Shown one piece after another: positions 38,405 through 50,852 of a stretch of DNA of 54,505 nt. The position numbers were made by a program, and so were the translations under genes. The notes under the pieces are model-generated. The model did no database searches. It was not told the origin of the DNA and was given only the letters and a program-made list of their open reading frames with translations. The stretch is from assembly GCF_001194135.2 (NCBI RefSeq), contig NC_068984.1, positions 52,125,660 to 52,180,164 of the forward strand, given 5' to 3'. Each line of letters starts with the position of its first letter. Position 1 is the first letter of the stretch. The stretch is from Octopus bimaculoides. Its lineage: Eukaryota.

Positions 38405-38610
38405 ATATAATGGTTTCAAATTTTTGCACAAGGTCAACAATTTTAAGGGAGAGTGTAAGTTGATTACATTGACCCCAGTGTTAAACTGCTGCTTATTTTC
38501 TCGACCCCGAAAGGATGAAAAGCAAAGTCGACCTTGGCGGAATTTGAATCAAGTACATAAAGCGCTGAAAAAAATGTTGCTAAAAATTTTGTCCAACTTG
38601 CTAACGATTC
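38405..38610 (-). mobile_element. SINE family A
   Basis: Central domain and tail CCTTGTGCAAAAATTTGAAACCATTAT. Confidence 0.8.
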
Positions 38611-40027
38611 TACAATTATGTCGCGTTAATGCATTTATTCAATTCAACGTACATAGAAGAGGATCATGGGAGCAAAAACAAGTGATAATTTGAATTCTGT
38701 CATTACTATACTTGAGTGGAAAATTTAATCCATCGCCTGTTTAACAGTACTTATTCTATTACAAGTGAGGGTTTGTCGTCCTTCCGTCAACAAGCGCTGG
38801 TTGCCCTGTAAAAGGTCATTAGTGATACCTTTCTTCCGTTGATAAAACCGCGAAAAAAAGTTACAAAAAACATTTAATGCCCGTTTGAATCCAGTTCATT
38901 TCAATTACTCCATTTATGCTTATGAAAATATCATTATATATATATATATATATATATNNNNNNNNNNNNNNNNNNNNNNNNNNNNNNNATATATATACGT
39001 GTCCTTCTTCCTTCCTCTGTGTGTGTGTGTGTGTGTGTGTGTCTAAATAGGAAATCAATTTTTGGTATAAAAACCATCAGCTTACTCTGAACTGAATAAA
39101 ACAAAAATGTTATCATGTTGGCATAAAGATTGTAGGTGGGGAGAAATTCTTTTTATTTTATTTTCATCATCTTTCTCGAAGACATTAGCGACATAAGTGA
39201 AGTGAAATGGCGTCAACTGGGAATAAGGTTTGCACGAAGATTTCTTGTGATTCTTCTCTACAGTCAGTACATGCCACAATCTAAAAAGAGGGTGGGAACA
39301 GTGAGTGTTATTTAAAGAATAATATCTATGGAAATTATAAATAGATAACACAGTATTGATTTCTTACATAGATATACCATCTCAGATTTAGGCAGGTGAA
39401 GAAGCGAAATATGGAAGTGACAACAGATTTGTTGTCTGAAACACAGAGCACTAAATTCGAAACAGATTTAATTTAAGTTATAATATCGTTTCTATTAGGA
39501 AGAAACTATTTCAATGAATTTCTTAGCTTTTTTATAGGTTATTTTGATACTGGCATTATTAAGGCTATAATTGTAGGTATGCTAACAACTTCATAACTAC
39601 AACTCAATAAACTACAAGAAAATATTCTAATATATTTGAATATTCATTGGCTAAATTATGTTAAAAAAATTGTACACACTCTGTTTGGTGTAATTTCAGA
39701 TTGTTTAGAAATGGAAGATTTATTTCTTTTTGTTAGCATCTGTTAACATCTGTTATATTGAGTTCATGGTGAACTTGAAATAAGAATAATTTTAATCGGA
39801 TTTGGTGCAAGAGAATTTTAATATCGATAAACAAACAAAAATAGGATTCCATTTGGAAAGAGACATATGAATAAATACTTCTATTCATCTACACATTTAT
39901 GCCTGAATGTATCTCTCTCTCTCTCACACACACACAACACACACACACACACACACACAAACATATGTAAGTACATATATACATGCATATATAAGTACAT
40001 TTATACATACATACACACACACACAGA

Positions 40028-40093
40028 TATATTATTATTATTATTGTTATTATTATTATTATTATTATTAACAACAACAACAACAACAACCAC

Positions 40094-40155
<62 letters not shown>

Positions 40156-40487
40156 TAATAATAATAATAAGTATAGGATTGAGGTTGCTCCTCCAGAAAG
40201 TAAAGAAGCAAATAAAGAAGAGTGCCATTTGTTATCTTGTGAACAATATTTCGACATCTCGTGCGTCTTCCACAGGTTCAAAAATAAACTTGTCAATCTA
40301 CTTCATTTTGGTTAATATATATGGGATTGAGGTTACTCCTCCAGAAAGTAAAGCAAATAAAGAAAACTGTCATTATTATTATTATCATTATTTTTTTTTT
40401 ACTACTACTACTACTACTACTACTATTATTATTATGATTATTATTATTGTTATTATTGTTATTATTATTATTATTTTATTATTATTA

Positions 40488-40535
<48 letters not shown>
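40028..40535. repeat. Compound (ATT)/(AAC)/(AAT)...(ACT)/(ATT) trinucleotide complex around a 200-bp unique insert
   Basis: Direct reading. Confidence 0.9.
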
Positions 40536-40537
<2 letters not shown>

Positions 40538-40839
40538 GATAGTAAAACGAACGGTTTACACCAGGTAGCTTTCTGGTAAAGCACGGTCATTTTCACAGTG
40601 ATCGTCATGTATATGGCAAATAAAAGACGGAAGATGGAATATACGAGAATTTATTATTAATCACGATAATTGTTTCGACACATCTAGCATCGATCCCTCA
40701 CGGGTAAGATACTCAACAACTGGTTCAGGAGCACCCGGCGGTGTAGATGTATCTCATCGGGTGATAAATAAATGTGCGTGTAGTTTCTGTGCGTGTGTTT
40801 ATTCAAACGTACATGCATACGCACATACATACATATATA

Positions 40840-40995
40840 GGCGCAGGTGGTAAGGAGCTTGCTTTCCAGCCACATGGTTTCGGGTTCAGTCCCACCGTGT
40901 GGCATCTTGGGCAAGTGTCTTCTACTATAGCCTCGGGGCGACCAAAGCCTTGTGAGTGGATTTGGTAGACGGAAACTGAAAGAAGCTCGTCGTAT
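40840..40995 (+). mobile_element. Family-B CORE/OR2-like SINE
   Basis: GTGGTAAGGAGCTTGC...GGGTTCAGTCCC head; CTTGGGCAAGTGTCTT core-like motif. Confidence 0.85.
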
Positions 40996-42009
40996 ATATA
41001 TATATATATATATATATATNNNNNNNNNNNNNNNNNNNNNNNNNNNNNNNNNNNNNNNNNNNNNNNNNNNNNNNNNNNNNNNNNNNNNNNNNNNNNNNNN
41101 NNNNNNNNNNNNNNNNNNNNNNNNNNNNNNNNNNNNNNNNNNNNNNNNNNNNNNNNNNNNNNNNNNNNNNNNNNNNNNNNNNNNNNNNNNNNNNNNNNNN
41201 NNNNNNNNNNNNNNNNNNNNNNNNNNNNNNNNNNNNNNNNNNNNNNNNNNNNNNNNNNNNNNNNNNNNNNNNNNNNNNNNNNNNNNNNNNNNNNNNNNNN
41301 NNNNNNNNNNNNNNNNNNNNNNNNNNNNNNNNNNNNNNNNNNNNNNNNNNNNNNNNNNNNNNNNNNNNNNNNNNNNNNNNNNNNNNNNNNNNNNNNNNNN
41401 NNNNNNNNNNNATATATATATATATATATATATATACATATGTATATTTATGTGTGTGCGTGTGTGTGCATGTGTGTGCGTGCGTGCGTGTGTGTGTGTG
41501 CATGTGCGTGTGAAAGTGTGAAAGTGTGAAATATAAATTTATCGATGAGTGCATGTACCATGTACTTGTATCAAATATCTATATATAACAGCATATGTAT
41601 GCAGCTTTAAACGGATATAAATAATGTATTTATATTTCCACGTATGTAAACACTTATTTCGTTTCCTTATATTTACATTGCTGTTTCCTTCGCATTAAAG
41701 GAAGTACCGACCCTTAATGTACTGTAACAATGTTTTTCTTTTTCCTATTTTCTTTTATTCTTATGTTTCTCTGTATCCAAATTTGTCCTTGTAGCTGTAC
41801 TTAGGATGGTAGCTTATATGTGTAATTCACCGCAGCAAGTCGAAACTAAAGCTGTCATTTCTTTCAAATATCTTACAAATCCGTTGTTCTACAAGAATAT
41901 TAAATTAATAAGGCTTAAAGGAATTTTTCAGTTCAATATTAAGTACCTTGGGTATAGGTTATGGTTAGGAAGTTCCAGTACCGATCATAAGGTTCATAAG
42001 GTATAAAAT

Positions 42010-42490
42010 GTAATCAGTTGCCATCCCTGTCGAGGGATCAGCTTGCTAAGATTCTCCAGTTCTCTCAGTGCTGAGCTGCATACATACAATTACTAAGGTT
42101 CACTTTTCTAGTACATTCGTTGCCATCCTCAGCCCACAAACGCCTTCGACGTCCTCTTCTTCTATTACTCTCAACACTTTCTGTCAGAATGGTCTTGCGG
42201 AGTGACTCTTGATGCTTTGTATGTTCGAAGTATGATAGCTTTGTAGACTCGATTCTCGACAATAGGTGTATTTGGACTTTCAGCTTTTCTAGTTCTGCAG
42301 TTTCTATTACCCTGTCTCTCCAGTTTATCTTGTCCAATCTGAAAAATACCTGTGTCTCAAATACTTCAGTCTTTCCCACCATAAATGTATACATTGTCCA
42401 CGTTATGTCAATCAACTGTAGAGGATAACTAGCCTCAATTTTGGGTGCAGTGTTATGTGTTATGAGGCGAAGATCTTTTACATTCTTAAA
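42010..42490 (-). mobile_element. 3' end of an RTE-clade LINE
   Basis: TWTM...KINWRDRV...LSYFEH...ESLRKTILTESVESNRRRGRRRRLWAED. Confidence 0.8.
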
Positions 42491-42592
42491 ATGTTGATTC
42501 ACTCTTTTTTTTTTTATTCTTTGAGTAAATATTTCACAATGACCTTCCTCATTTATTATTTGTCCTAAATCCTTGAAGCTTTTATTTGTTCA

Positions 42593-42671
<79 letters not shown>

Positions 42672-42682
42672 GTATATATATA

Positions 42683-43640
42683 TTAGGTTGTCATTTAAAA
42701 ACTCAATTATGTATACTCTTGTATTTAATCTTGGCTCCTTTTTTTTTCCAAACAATATTGGTGTACAAAATTCGTACCCACCGACCTTATGAAAATGATA
42801 ACCAAGCAATGTTGAGTGATTTTCTTGTATAAGTACAAACTAGATCACTCTGCCGTAGAAACTCTACAGAATATCAAGCAGGCCTTTGGTAATAGTTTTG
42901 TTGACATCAGAACTGTTCAGAGATAGTTCCAAAGATATCATGCAGGAGATGATAGTCTTGAAAATGAACCAAGTGGGAGGTCAAAATCAGTTACTCAGCA
43001 TGATGGATTAAATGCTTTGGTTAAACAAAATCCGAAAACTTTCATCAGAACTCCAGACATCTCGCACAACTGTTTCGCGACACCTGAAAAAAATTATAAA
43101 AGTCACGAAAATGGATAGGTTTGTTCCACATCAACTGAACGAGATTCAAAAAAACAGGCACCTCGAAATGTGCTCCTTATTGCTTTCTCGACTGGAAAAA
43201 GAACGATTTTTGCAACGAATCATTACTTGTGATGAGAAATGGATAGTTTTTGACATCAGGAGAAAAGAATAGTGATTAGATGCAGGAGAGTCACCTAAAC
43301 ACTACTCAAAACCACCATTGCACCCCTCAAAAGGTGATGGTCACTGTATGGTGATCTGCGAAGGTTGTTATTCACTATTCATTTTTGCAACAAGGTAAAA
43401 CGGTAACAGCAACATCGTATTGACAGGAAATTGATTGTATGCACGAGAATTTGAAAAAGAAGCAACCCAGACTAATGAACAGAGATGGCCCAATTTTGCT
43501 CCACGACAATGCACGTCCTCACACTTCTCCAGATACGGTCCAAAAGTCGCAAAGCCTGAATTATGAGATTTTACAACATCCTCCCTATTCCCGTGATATC
43601 TCTCCTACTGATTATTACTTATTTAAGCATACTTTTTCTA
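42683..43640 (+). mobile_element. Decayed mariner (D,D34D) transposon, 3'-truncated
   Basis: TA plus TIR TTAGGTTG; FVPHQL, ITCDEKWI, LHDNARPH, HPPYSRDISPTDY; stops and frameshifts. Confidence 0.92.
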
Positions 43641-43734
43641 CTTTTTCTTCTTTGTTCTTTCTTCTACGCATCGCTCTCACTTCTTACTACAAATCTCCTC
43701 TTATAGATGTGATAATTTATTCTTCTACTATTAC

Positions 43735-43784
43735 CATCTCCGATGAAGGGATACATTGGATTTTCCCTGAAACAGCTGTATGAC
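43735..43784 (+). ncRNA. Degenerate minimal type I hammerhead motif (family 1)
   Basis: C(C)GATGA - stem II AGGGA/TCCCT - GAAAC-AGCT-GTA; U4 mutated to C and first stem-I pair mismatched. Confidence 0.6.
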
Positions 43785-45049
43785 TTTATACATAAAATAT
43801 AATTCTAACTTTGCCATTGGTCTCTTTATCTTTTTCTTTCTTNNNNNNNNNNNNNNNNNNNNNNNNNNNNNNNNNNNNNNNNNNNNNNNNNNNNNNNNNN
43901 NNNNNNNNATATATATATATATATATATATACGTCGGGCTTCTTTCAGTTTCGTCAATCAAATCTATTCACAAGGCTTTGAGAATCAAATGGTTCTCTTC
44001 AAAAAGGGAATTGGCTCGAGTGAATCCACAGGAATATCGCCACCACTTCCCATTGGTTCTTTATAACTCAATCGTGCAGAATTATTCTATTCTTCATATG
44101 ATCATGTCGGCTACCATGCATTGACATGCAAATCACCGAAGTGCCTTCTCAGAAGTATTTGTTACTAAGTATAAATACGTTGGAACGATGTGTAGCAGCT
44201 GAGATACATCGTTCCAACCTATCTCAGCTGCTATTTCTGGAATATTTAACACATCACTAGAACGTACTATACATGTAGGTACCTGTGGACGTGATATAAT
44301 GAAGGAGTTCTTTGTTTTTTACATGAAATTTAGGTATGACATTGTCACTTCCAGTTCGGAATTTACTTTAACTTTTTAGGACAATTTACTTTCACTTTTT
44401 TATGACGGTAAACTGCATGTTAACCCAAAGTTTTATAAGAAACAGTTATTTGTACTCAATAATGCATGTCAAATAGTCTTAGTTCTCACTTTATCTTACA
44501 TTTATAACTGATGTCCCCAAGGAAAGGCATGAGTATCACAACTGTTTCGTTATCGTCGATCGTACCGTGTGTTAAATATATGAAAGTATCTGTTATTTAT
44601 GGTAACTTGTGTCAGAGTATATAGAAATAAATTATCGGAAATGGTGCTCCACAGACATATGTCTTGATTTATATAACATAAAACTTTTACTAATTTACAT
44701 ATTCATCACTTTCTTCTTAGGACAAGCTATTATGATTACAAATAGTGTCTGTGTCATTTTTAATAGGATTTCTTATTTTCTTATTAATTTCTTCAGTTTG
44801 GTAATATGTAATTTCACCTCATCATGCCTTCTGATAATTTTCTCAACTTTTTATTTGACAACAGTCAATGCGTTGATTTATATTAAAATATGCTGAAACG
44901 TCTTCAAATTATTATGAACTCCATAAAGCATTGGTGTTCATTATTTTTCTTATACTAAGATATAAAAGTCAGCGTCAACAACAGTAACAATAAAAGCTAG
45001 AACAAAAGTAGTCATAAAATACAAAAGCATGGAGAACATCCTAAACTAT

Positions 45050-45260
45050 ATTGGAATTTGGGCACAAGGCCAGCAATTTCGGGGGAGGGGAGAATCGATG
45101 ACATCAACTTCGGTTCTCGACTGGTACTTATTTTATCAACCCCGAAAGAAAGAAAGGCAAAGTCGACTTCGGCAGAATTTGAACTCTGAACGTAAAGACG
45201 GACGAAATTCCGCTAAGCATTTCGCCCGGCATGCTGACGACTCTGCCAGATCGTCACCTT
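45050..45260 (-). mobile_element. SINE family A
   Basis: Full match to the other copies. Confidence 0.85.
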
Positions 45261-45546
45261 TTCCTGAATTATAATAATAGCAGTTACAGAACCCCGTTCA
45301 AAACATTTTGATTCCATTCACCAATGATTCTCCTTTCTTCTCCTTTCCAAAAATTTGAGTTGATGGAAATGAGTACAAGAAGTCGCTATCACTTCTCTCC
45401 ATTTTCCCTTTCTCTCATCACACCAATGACTTTGTTTTTGAGAACTTTGGTAAAAGAAAAAATTCCTTTGCAAACGATATGGTATGACATACTAATGGGC
45501 TGCAAGTTATATCTCGGTGCGCCTCAAATTTTTACAAACACCTTTG

Positions 45547-45785
45547 CCAGTGGCCTAGCATGTATAAAAAGTCAATAGATAACATATTCTCCATATAAAA
45601 TTAGTGTTCATTTAAACACAAAAGAGACGACCCTTAACAGGCAGCCTTACATGCTAGAAGGAGCAGTCAAAACTACCAAAACTACATTTAAGAGCAGCAA
45701 ATGAAAAAATTTTGTGTTTAATGTACACTAATTTTATATGGAGAATATGTTGTCTATTGACTTTTTATACATGCTAGGCCACTGG
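45547..45785. repeat. 239-bp palindrome (77-bp arms) related to the hammerhead-bearing unit
   Basis: CCAGTGGCCTAGCATGTATAAAAAGTCAATAG... / ...CTATTGACTTTTTATACATGCTAGGCCACTGG; spacer homologous to 46380-46470; no target duplication. Confidence 0.8.
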
Positions 45786-45979
45786 TAGTGAAATTTCTAA
45801 AAAAAATTCGCTACCCTATATTTTACGAATATGATTTTAGTAATTTTAGAAGATTAATTCGGCATTTTTTTATTTGCTGCCGACTGAAACCACGCTTGCG
45901 CGGTAAATTTGAAAAGCTATAATATATAATGATGAGACACGTGTTATTCTGTCTCTTAATTATATGTTAATGTTTTGGC

Positions 45980-46049
45980 GTAGCCACTGATGAGAAATCC
46001 ACCTAGCAAATTATTTTATTTGCTAATAAGAGTTTGAAACCTAGGTATG
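45980..46049 (+). ncRNA. Type I hammerhead ribozyme motif (family 2), stem I cut by the gap
   Basis: CTGATGA 45987-45993; long stem II including TAGCAAAT/ATTTGCTA; GAAAC-CTAG-GTA 46036-46047; TG after the cleavage site pairs with CA before the core. Confidence 0.7.
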
Positions 46050-46511
46050 NNNNNNNNNNNNNNNNNNNNNNNNNNNNNNNNNNNNNNNNNNNNNNNNNNN
46101 NNNNNNNNNNNNNNNNNNNNNNNNNNNNNNNNNNNNNNNNNNNNNNNNNNNNNNNNNNNNNNNNNNNNNNNNNNNNNNNNNNNNNNNNNNNNNNNNNNNN
46201 NNNNNNNNNNNNNNNNNNNNNNNNNNNNNNNNNNNNNNNNNNNNNNNNNNNNNNNNNNNNNNNNNNNNNNNNNNNNNNNNNNNNNNNNNNNNNNNNNNNN
46301 NNNNNNNNNNNNNNNNNNNNNNNNNNNNNNNNNNNNNNNNNNNNNNNNNNNNNNATATATATATATATATAATGTACATTTAAACACAAGAGAAACTATC
46401 TAAAACAGGTAATTTTACACGCTAGAAGAAGCAGTCAAAACGATCAAAACCACATTTAAGAGCAATTTCAAAGAGAATGAAAAGTAAAAACTTTTACCTT
46501 GTTATTTTTTT

Positions 46512-46584
46512 ACGGTTAGACCTAGATTTCGAATCTCTTTAGCAAATAAAATAATTTGCTAGGCGAATTCTCATCAGTAACCGT
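46512..46584 (-). ncRNA. Type I hammerhead ribozyme motif (family 2), complete core
   Basis: ACGGTTA-CTGATGA-GAATT...GATTC-GAAA-T-CTAG-GTC|TAACCGT; perfect 7-bp stem I; predicted cleavage between 46519 and 46518. Confidence 0.8.
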
Positions 46585-47697
46585 GCCATAACAATTAACA
46601 TAATTTAGAGACACAACGAATCTCTTTAAAGTAATACCACACAATGCTTCACCAGAACTATTCCATTTTAATATACGCATGCTTGAATATCTTGAAAAAC
46701 GTTATTCATTATTTTACTAATTATTCGTGCAATTGATAAAACAAAGGAGTAATATTTCCAATCTAAAGTATCGACCTACAGAACTTAAAGCGTATAGTTT
46801 ACCACTAATGAAAAACAGTGAATGTCTAACTTCTTAATTTCTTAATATTATAAATAACACAGTAGATCATTACACACACTCATACACATACATGCATACA
46901 TACACGCATCCATCCGTCCATCCATACAGGCAGACAGAAAGACAGACAGCCAGGCAGAACTAGATAAGATACAATCATAGACAAATATACGTCAGAAAGA
47001 TATCTTTGTCTAACACCTGTATTTATATATCTATACACCTGTCACGCAGCCTACGCCCATGTTTTGTTCATTTTTGTAAAGTAACTTTGGCACATGGTGC
47101 GTGTTTCTTTTTATGCGGTGTCAGTTTTCTTCGCACTAATAAATATAAATTTAACGGTATTAGATTTAACTAACTTGAAAGGAATTATTTAATTAATTTG
47201 CCACCAAGGACCATTCAAATTGTCTATAGACAAATTAAAAAGTATTACAAAACGTTGGAATACAGAAAAAACAACAAGATAAAAGAAATTGTGCGTGTTA
47301 AAGACATTTTACATTATATTAGAGCATGCTAAACATGTTTTGTATATTACACAAAGTAATCACAAAATAATTAAATAAAATTGTAAAACACAGATAGAAT
47401 TTTAAGAAAATAGGGCAGCCGACCCATAAACGGATGATGAACCTTTATCTAGGTCAGCCCACGGCTCCCACAATTCTGATTCCCCACCCCACCACCGCCA
47501 TCTCTTTTCTCAACGTATATCCCACATAATTGTTCTTTCCAAAAGTGCTAATGGGTACTTTTGATGTCAGAATAGCTAAGATATAATTCACATCCAGTTA
47601 ACAGTCTAAATAAATTTCTTCGTGACATTGTTCGTCGTTTTCTTCTTCAATGTGCTGTATTTCTCGTGCTTCAAGTAGTCGGAGCCTATTCACTCAC

Positions 47698-47800
47698 CTG
47701 CTTGTACTGAATTTGTCCCGAAATGGCCTCATCTATGCTGTTAGTCAATTGTTGGTTTTTTTTTGGGGGGGGAGATGGGCTGCTCCTCACACTTATTACT
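47698..47800 (-). other. Candidate minus-strand exon (probably non-coding) ending at a strong donor
   Basis: CAG|GTGAGT at 47698/47697; GC-box-like GGGGCGGGG upstream at about 47865-47875; start not definable. Confidence 0.3.
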
Positions 47801-49247
47801 TGCAATCTTAAGTGGCTATTCTCTTTTTTTCTCGAAGAGGGCTCCCCCCGCCCCACCTCTTGCTTGCTTTGTCCGATATCTCCAAAGTCTTCTATTTATG
47901 CTCATTTTCCATCTCTTTCTAATCGCAAGATGATAAGGACAGAAGTCATACTGATAGTTACGAGAAGCGGCCCTCGGTCAGTTCCTGGAAACGAGGACAA
48001 GGCGATCTCTTCCAATATTTCCAGAAAGTCACTTTTCGATAATTTAATAAAAATCTCAAGTGCCGACCTACAAAACTGAAAAGTATAATTTACTTTTAGC
48101 GATAGGCTGTATCCGAAATCTTAATATCAAAAATAACATTGGAGATCATATCTATTTGTTTATTTAACTATTTATTTATTTATTTATTTTATTAGAGTTC
48201 TGTTTGCAATCATAATGAATATAAAACTGGCTCGGCACGTAAATGCTACAGCTCTATTTCAATATCTCTTTTCGACTATATCTTTTAATTACTGCATGTC
48301 AGGTTAGGAAACCTCTTGAAACACTCACCAGAATTTTCCCGGCAATCCATACACTTTAACGATAAATTTAAGATCTATTCTAACTTCAAATGAGCATCCA
48401 TCTCAGTAACTGTAAACAAATTACACGTCAGTTTCCACTTACATCTAAACTATTACTGTCATTCCCCACTACAACACACTCTCTCTAGCTATTTCTCTCT
48501 ATCTTACACACCACACACACACCACACACGTACCACACACATACCACACACACACACACACACACACATACACACACACACACACACACTTGTCTCTCCT
48601 TGATCTTATCTCCTCCACAACAACCCGTGAACAAGTATTTTTACACTCTGTGCAGAAAGACATTAGATTGTTTAATAAGATACGAAATCAAAAGTTTTCT
48701 GCTGAATTGTCAACTCTTTATTCCCCCTGTCAGTGCGTGCGTGCGTGCGTGTGCTATGTGTACAGACTTTCTGGTATCTCAGCCAGTTTGAAATATTATC
48801 CGATTTCCTTTTAATCTGGAAAATTTTTATTTTTTATGATTTTTATCCGGGTTTGATTGAAAGGCGAAAGGTTGATTAGCCTCTCTAGTGCGTTATGAAA
48901 CATCTAGAGCAGCAAGTCGACTAGGATTTGAAACTAACCACCTCTGCTTCACTCACACAGAAAACTGTTCCTGCAGCAGATAAAGCCAAGTAGATGACAT
49001 TTGAAGGCTCAATTAACTATAAGGAAAACCAGTTGGTCATAGGAAATCTAGGAAATCTTTTAACGTCTCTAAATTCTGACCTGTTCGCATATTTATTATT
49101 GTTAAAATTAAGTCTTATATAACTCGCGTTTTCCATGAGAAAGGGAAGAAGCTACAGAACTTGGACGATTCAACACGTTTCAAGGACATCTCATCAAAAC
49201 TGACAAAGTAGCTGATGAAGTACTCTCTCACTTCCACTTCTGTTTTT

Positions 49248-49460
49248 GTGAGCTAGCAGAATCTTTAGCACGCAGGACAAAAATGCTTAACAGCATTTCG
49301 TCCATCCTTATGTTCTTAGTTCAAATTCCACCGAGGTCGACTTTGCCTTTCATCGTTTCGAGATCGATAAAATAAGCACCAGGTGAGCACTGGAGTTGAT
49401 GGAATCGACTAGCACCCCGTCCCCCAAAATTTCAGGCTTTGTGCCTATAGTAGAAAGGCT
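49248..49460 (+). mobile_element. SINE family A
   Basis: GGTCGACTTTGCCTTTCATC central domain; tail CTTTGTGCCTATAGTAGAAAGG. Confidence 0.85.
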
Positions 49461-49997
49461 ATTTCACATTTTCTCAGCAAAGATATGATAGTCACAAACA
49501 ACCGCTGGATTTTTGACAACCAAACTCAATCCGTCTTTTTACTCACACACACAAACTCACTCACATACTACTCCTCTGTGAGTGTTCAGATGTTTTTGCT
49601 GTGCACACCTTTGTATTATAAATATGATCTTTCGGATTAAGTAACACTGATATTTTTCATTGTGTCATAAACAAACAATTCGATGTGTCATATATAATTG
49701 CTGACGCCATCAATATATTTTTCTTATGATTTAATTAACTGAGTAAATTTATTCTTTAGTCAGCGTACCTTAATCTTACTTTGACATTGAATCATTGTAA
49801 TATTATTCTGTTTGTTCCTGCGTTCCTGACTGTTTCATCCGTGTGTTACACTTACATCATCAAGTGAGATTATAGCCCAAATGTAGAATTATATAAAGAA
49901 AGGTAGAAGAAAGGAAGAGAGGGTGATAAAGAAAGAAACGAAACGGGAATAGTAGAATCAGTGAAAAAATAGAAAGGGAAAACAATAGAGAAAGAGA

Positions 49998-50043
<46 letters not shown>

Positions 50044-50339
50044 NNNNNNNNNNCTGGCACAATCGACATGTTTAATATTTGAAACAATGTTATGAAGAGC
50101 TATAAATTTACGCTTTAAAAGATATATCGGTAGACAGTTGAATTAAAGTGAAATAACCTTGGCTAACAAATAGCTGTGGAAGTTACTCTTTTATCTTTTA
50201 CGTGTTCCAGATCAAACCCGTGGCTATATTGGGGCACCGCCGCAATTCTTTTTTTTTTTTTGCAGGTTTAAATTCTTCTCGGTACTATGAAAGTAAACAT
50301 ACACACATCGGCAGAAGGGAAAGTAGACATGATAATTAC

Positions 50340-50341
50340 CC

Positions 50342-50374
<33 letters not shown>

Positions 50375-50475
50375 GGCAGGCAGGCAGGCAGACAGGCAGG
50401 CAGACAGGCAGGCAGACAGACAGACCGGAAGGCAGGCAGACAAGCAGGCAGGCAGGTAGGTAGGTAGGTAGGTAG
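50340..50475. repeat. Compound (CAGA)/(CAGG)/(TAGG) microsatellite
   Basis: Direct reading. Confidence 0.95.
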
Positions 50476-50798
50476 ATGAGTCTACCGATATATCAAAAGT
50501 CATGCAAATAGAAAGATATATTAATAGATATACAAATAGATATGTTGCAGAACTAAAGTGAAATGAAAAGAAATGAAAATAATCTCAATTGGTAAATAAC
50601 TTTTATTGAGATTATTTTCGTTAATATAATTATTCTTGAATATTTTAACAAAGCAAGGAGATAGAAGAAATTCATGTCGCTATTGTAGCTAAGAACAGAC
50701 TACATCTTCCGAGAATCGCATGGAGCATAATGGGGTCATAGGATTGTAATTTATTTTTAATTCATTTACCTCTTTATCAACTACTATATATATACTAC

Positions 50799-50852
<54 letters not shown>

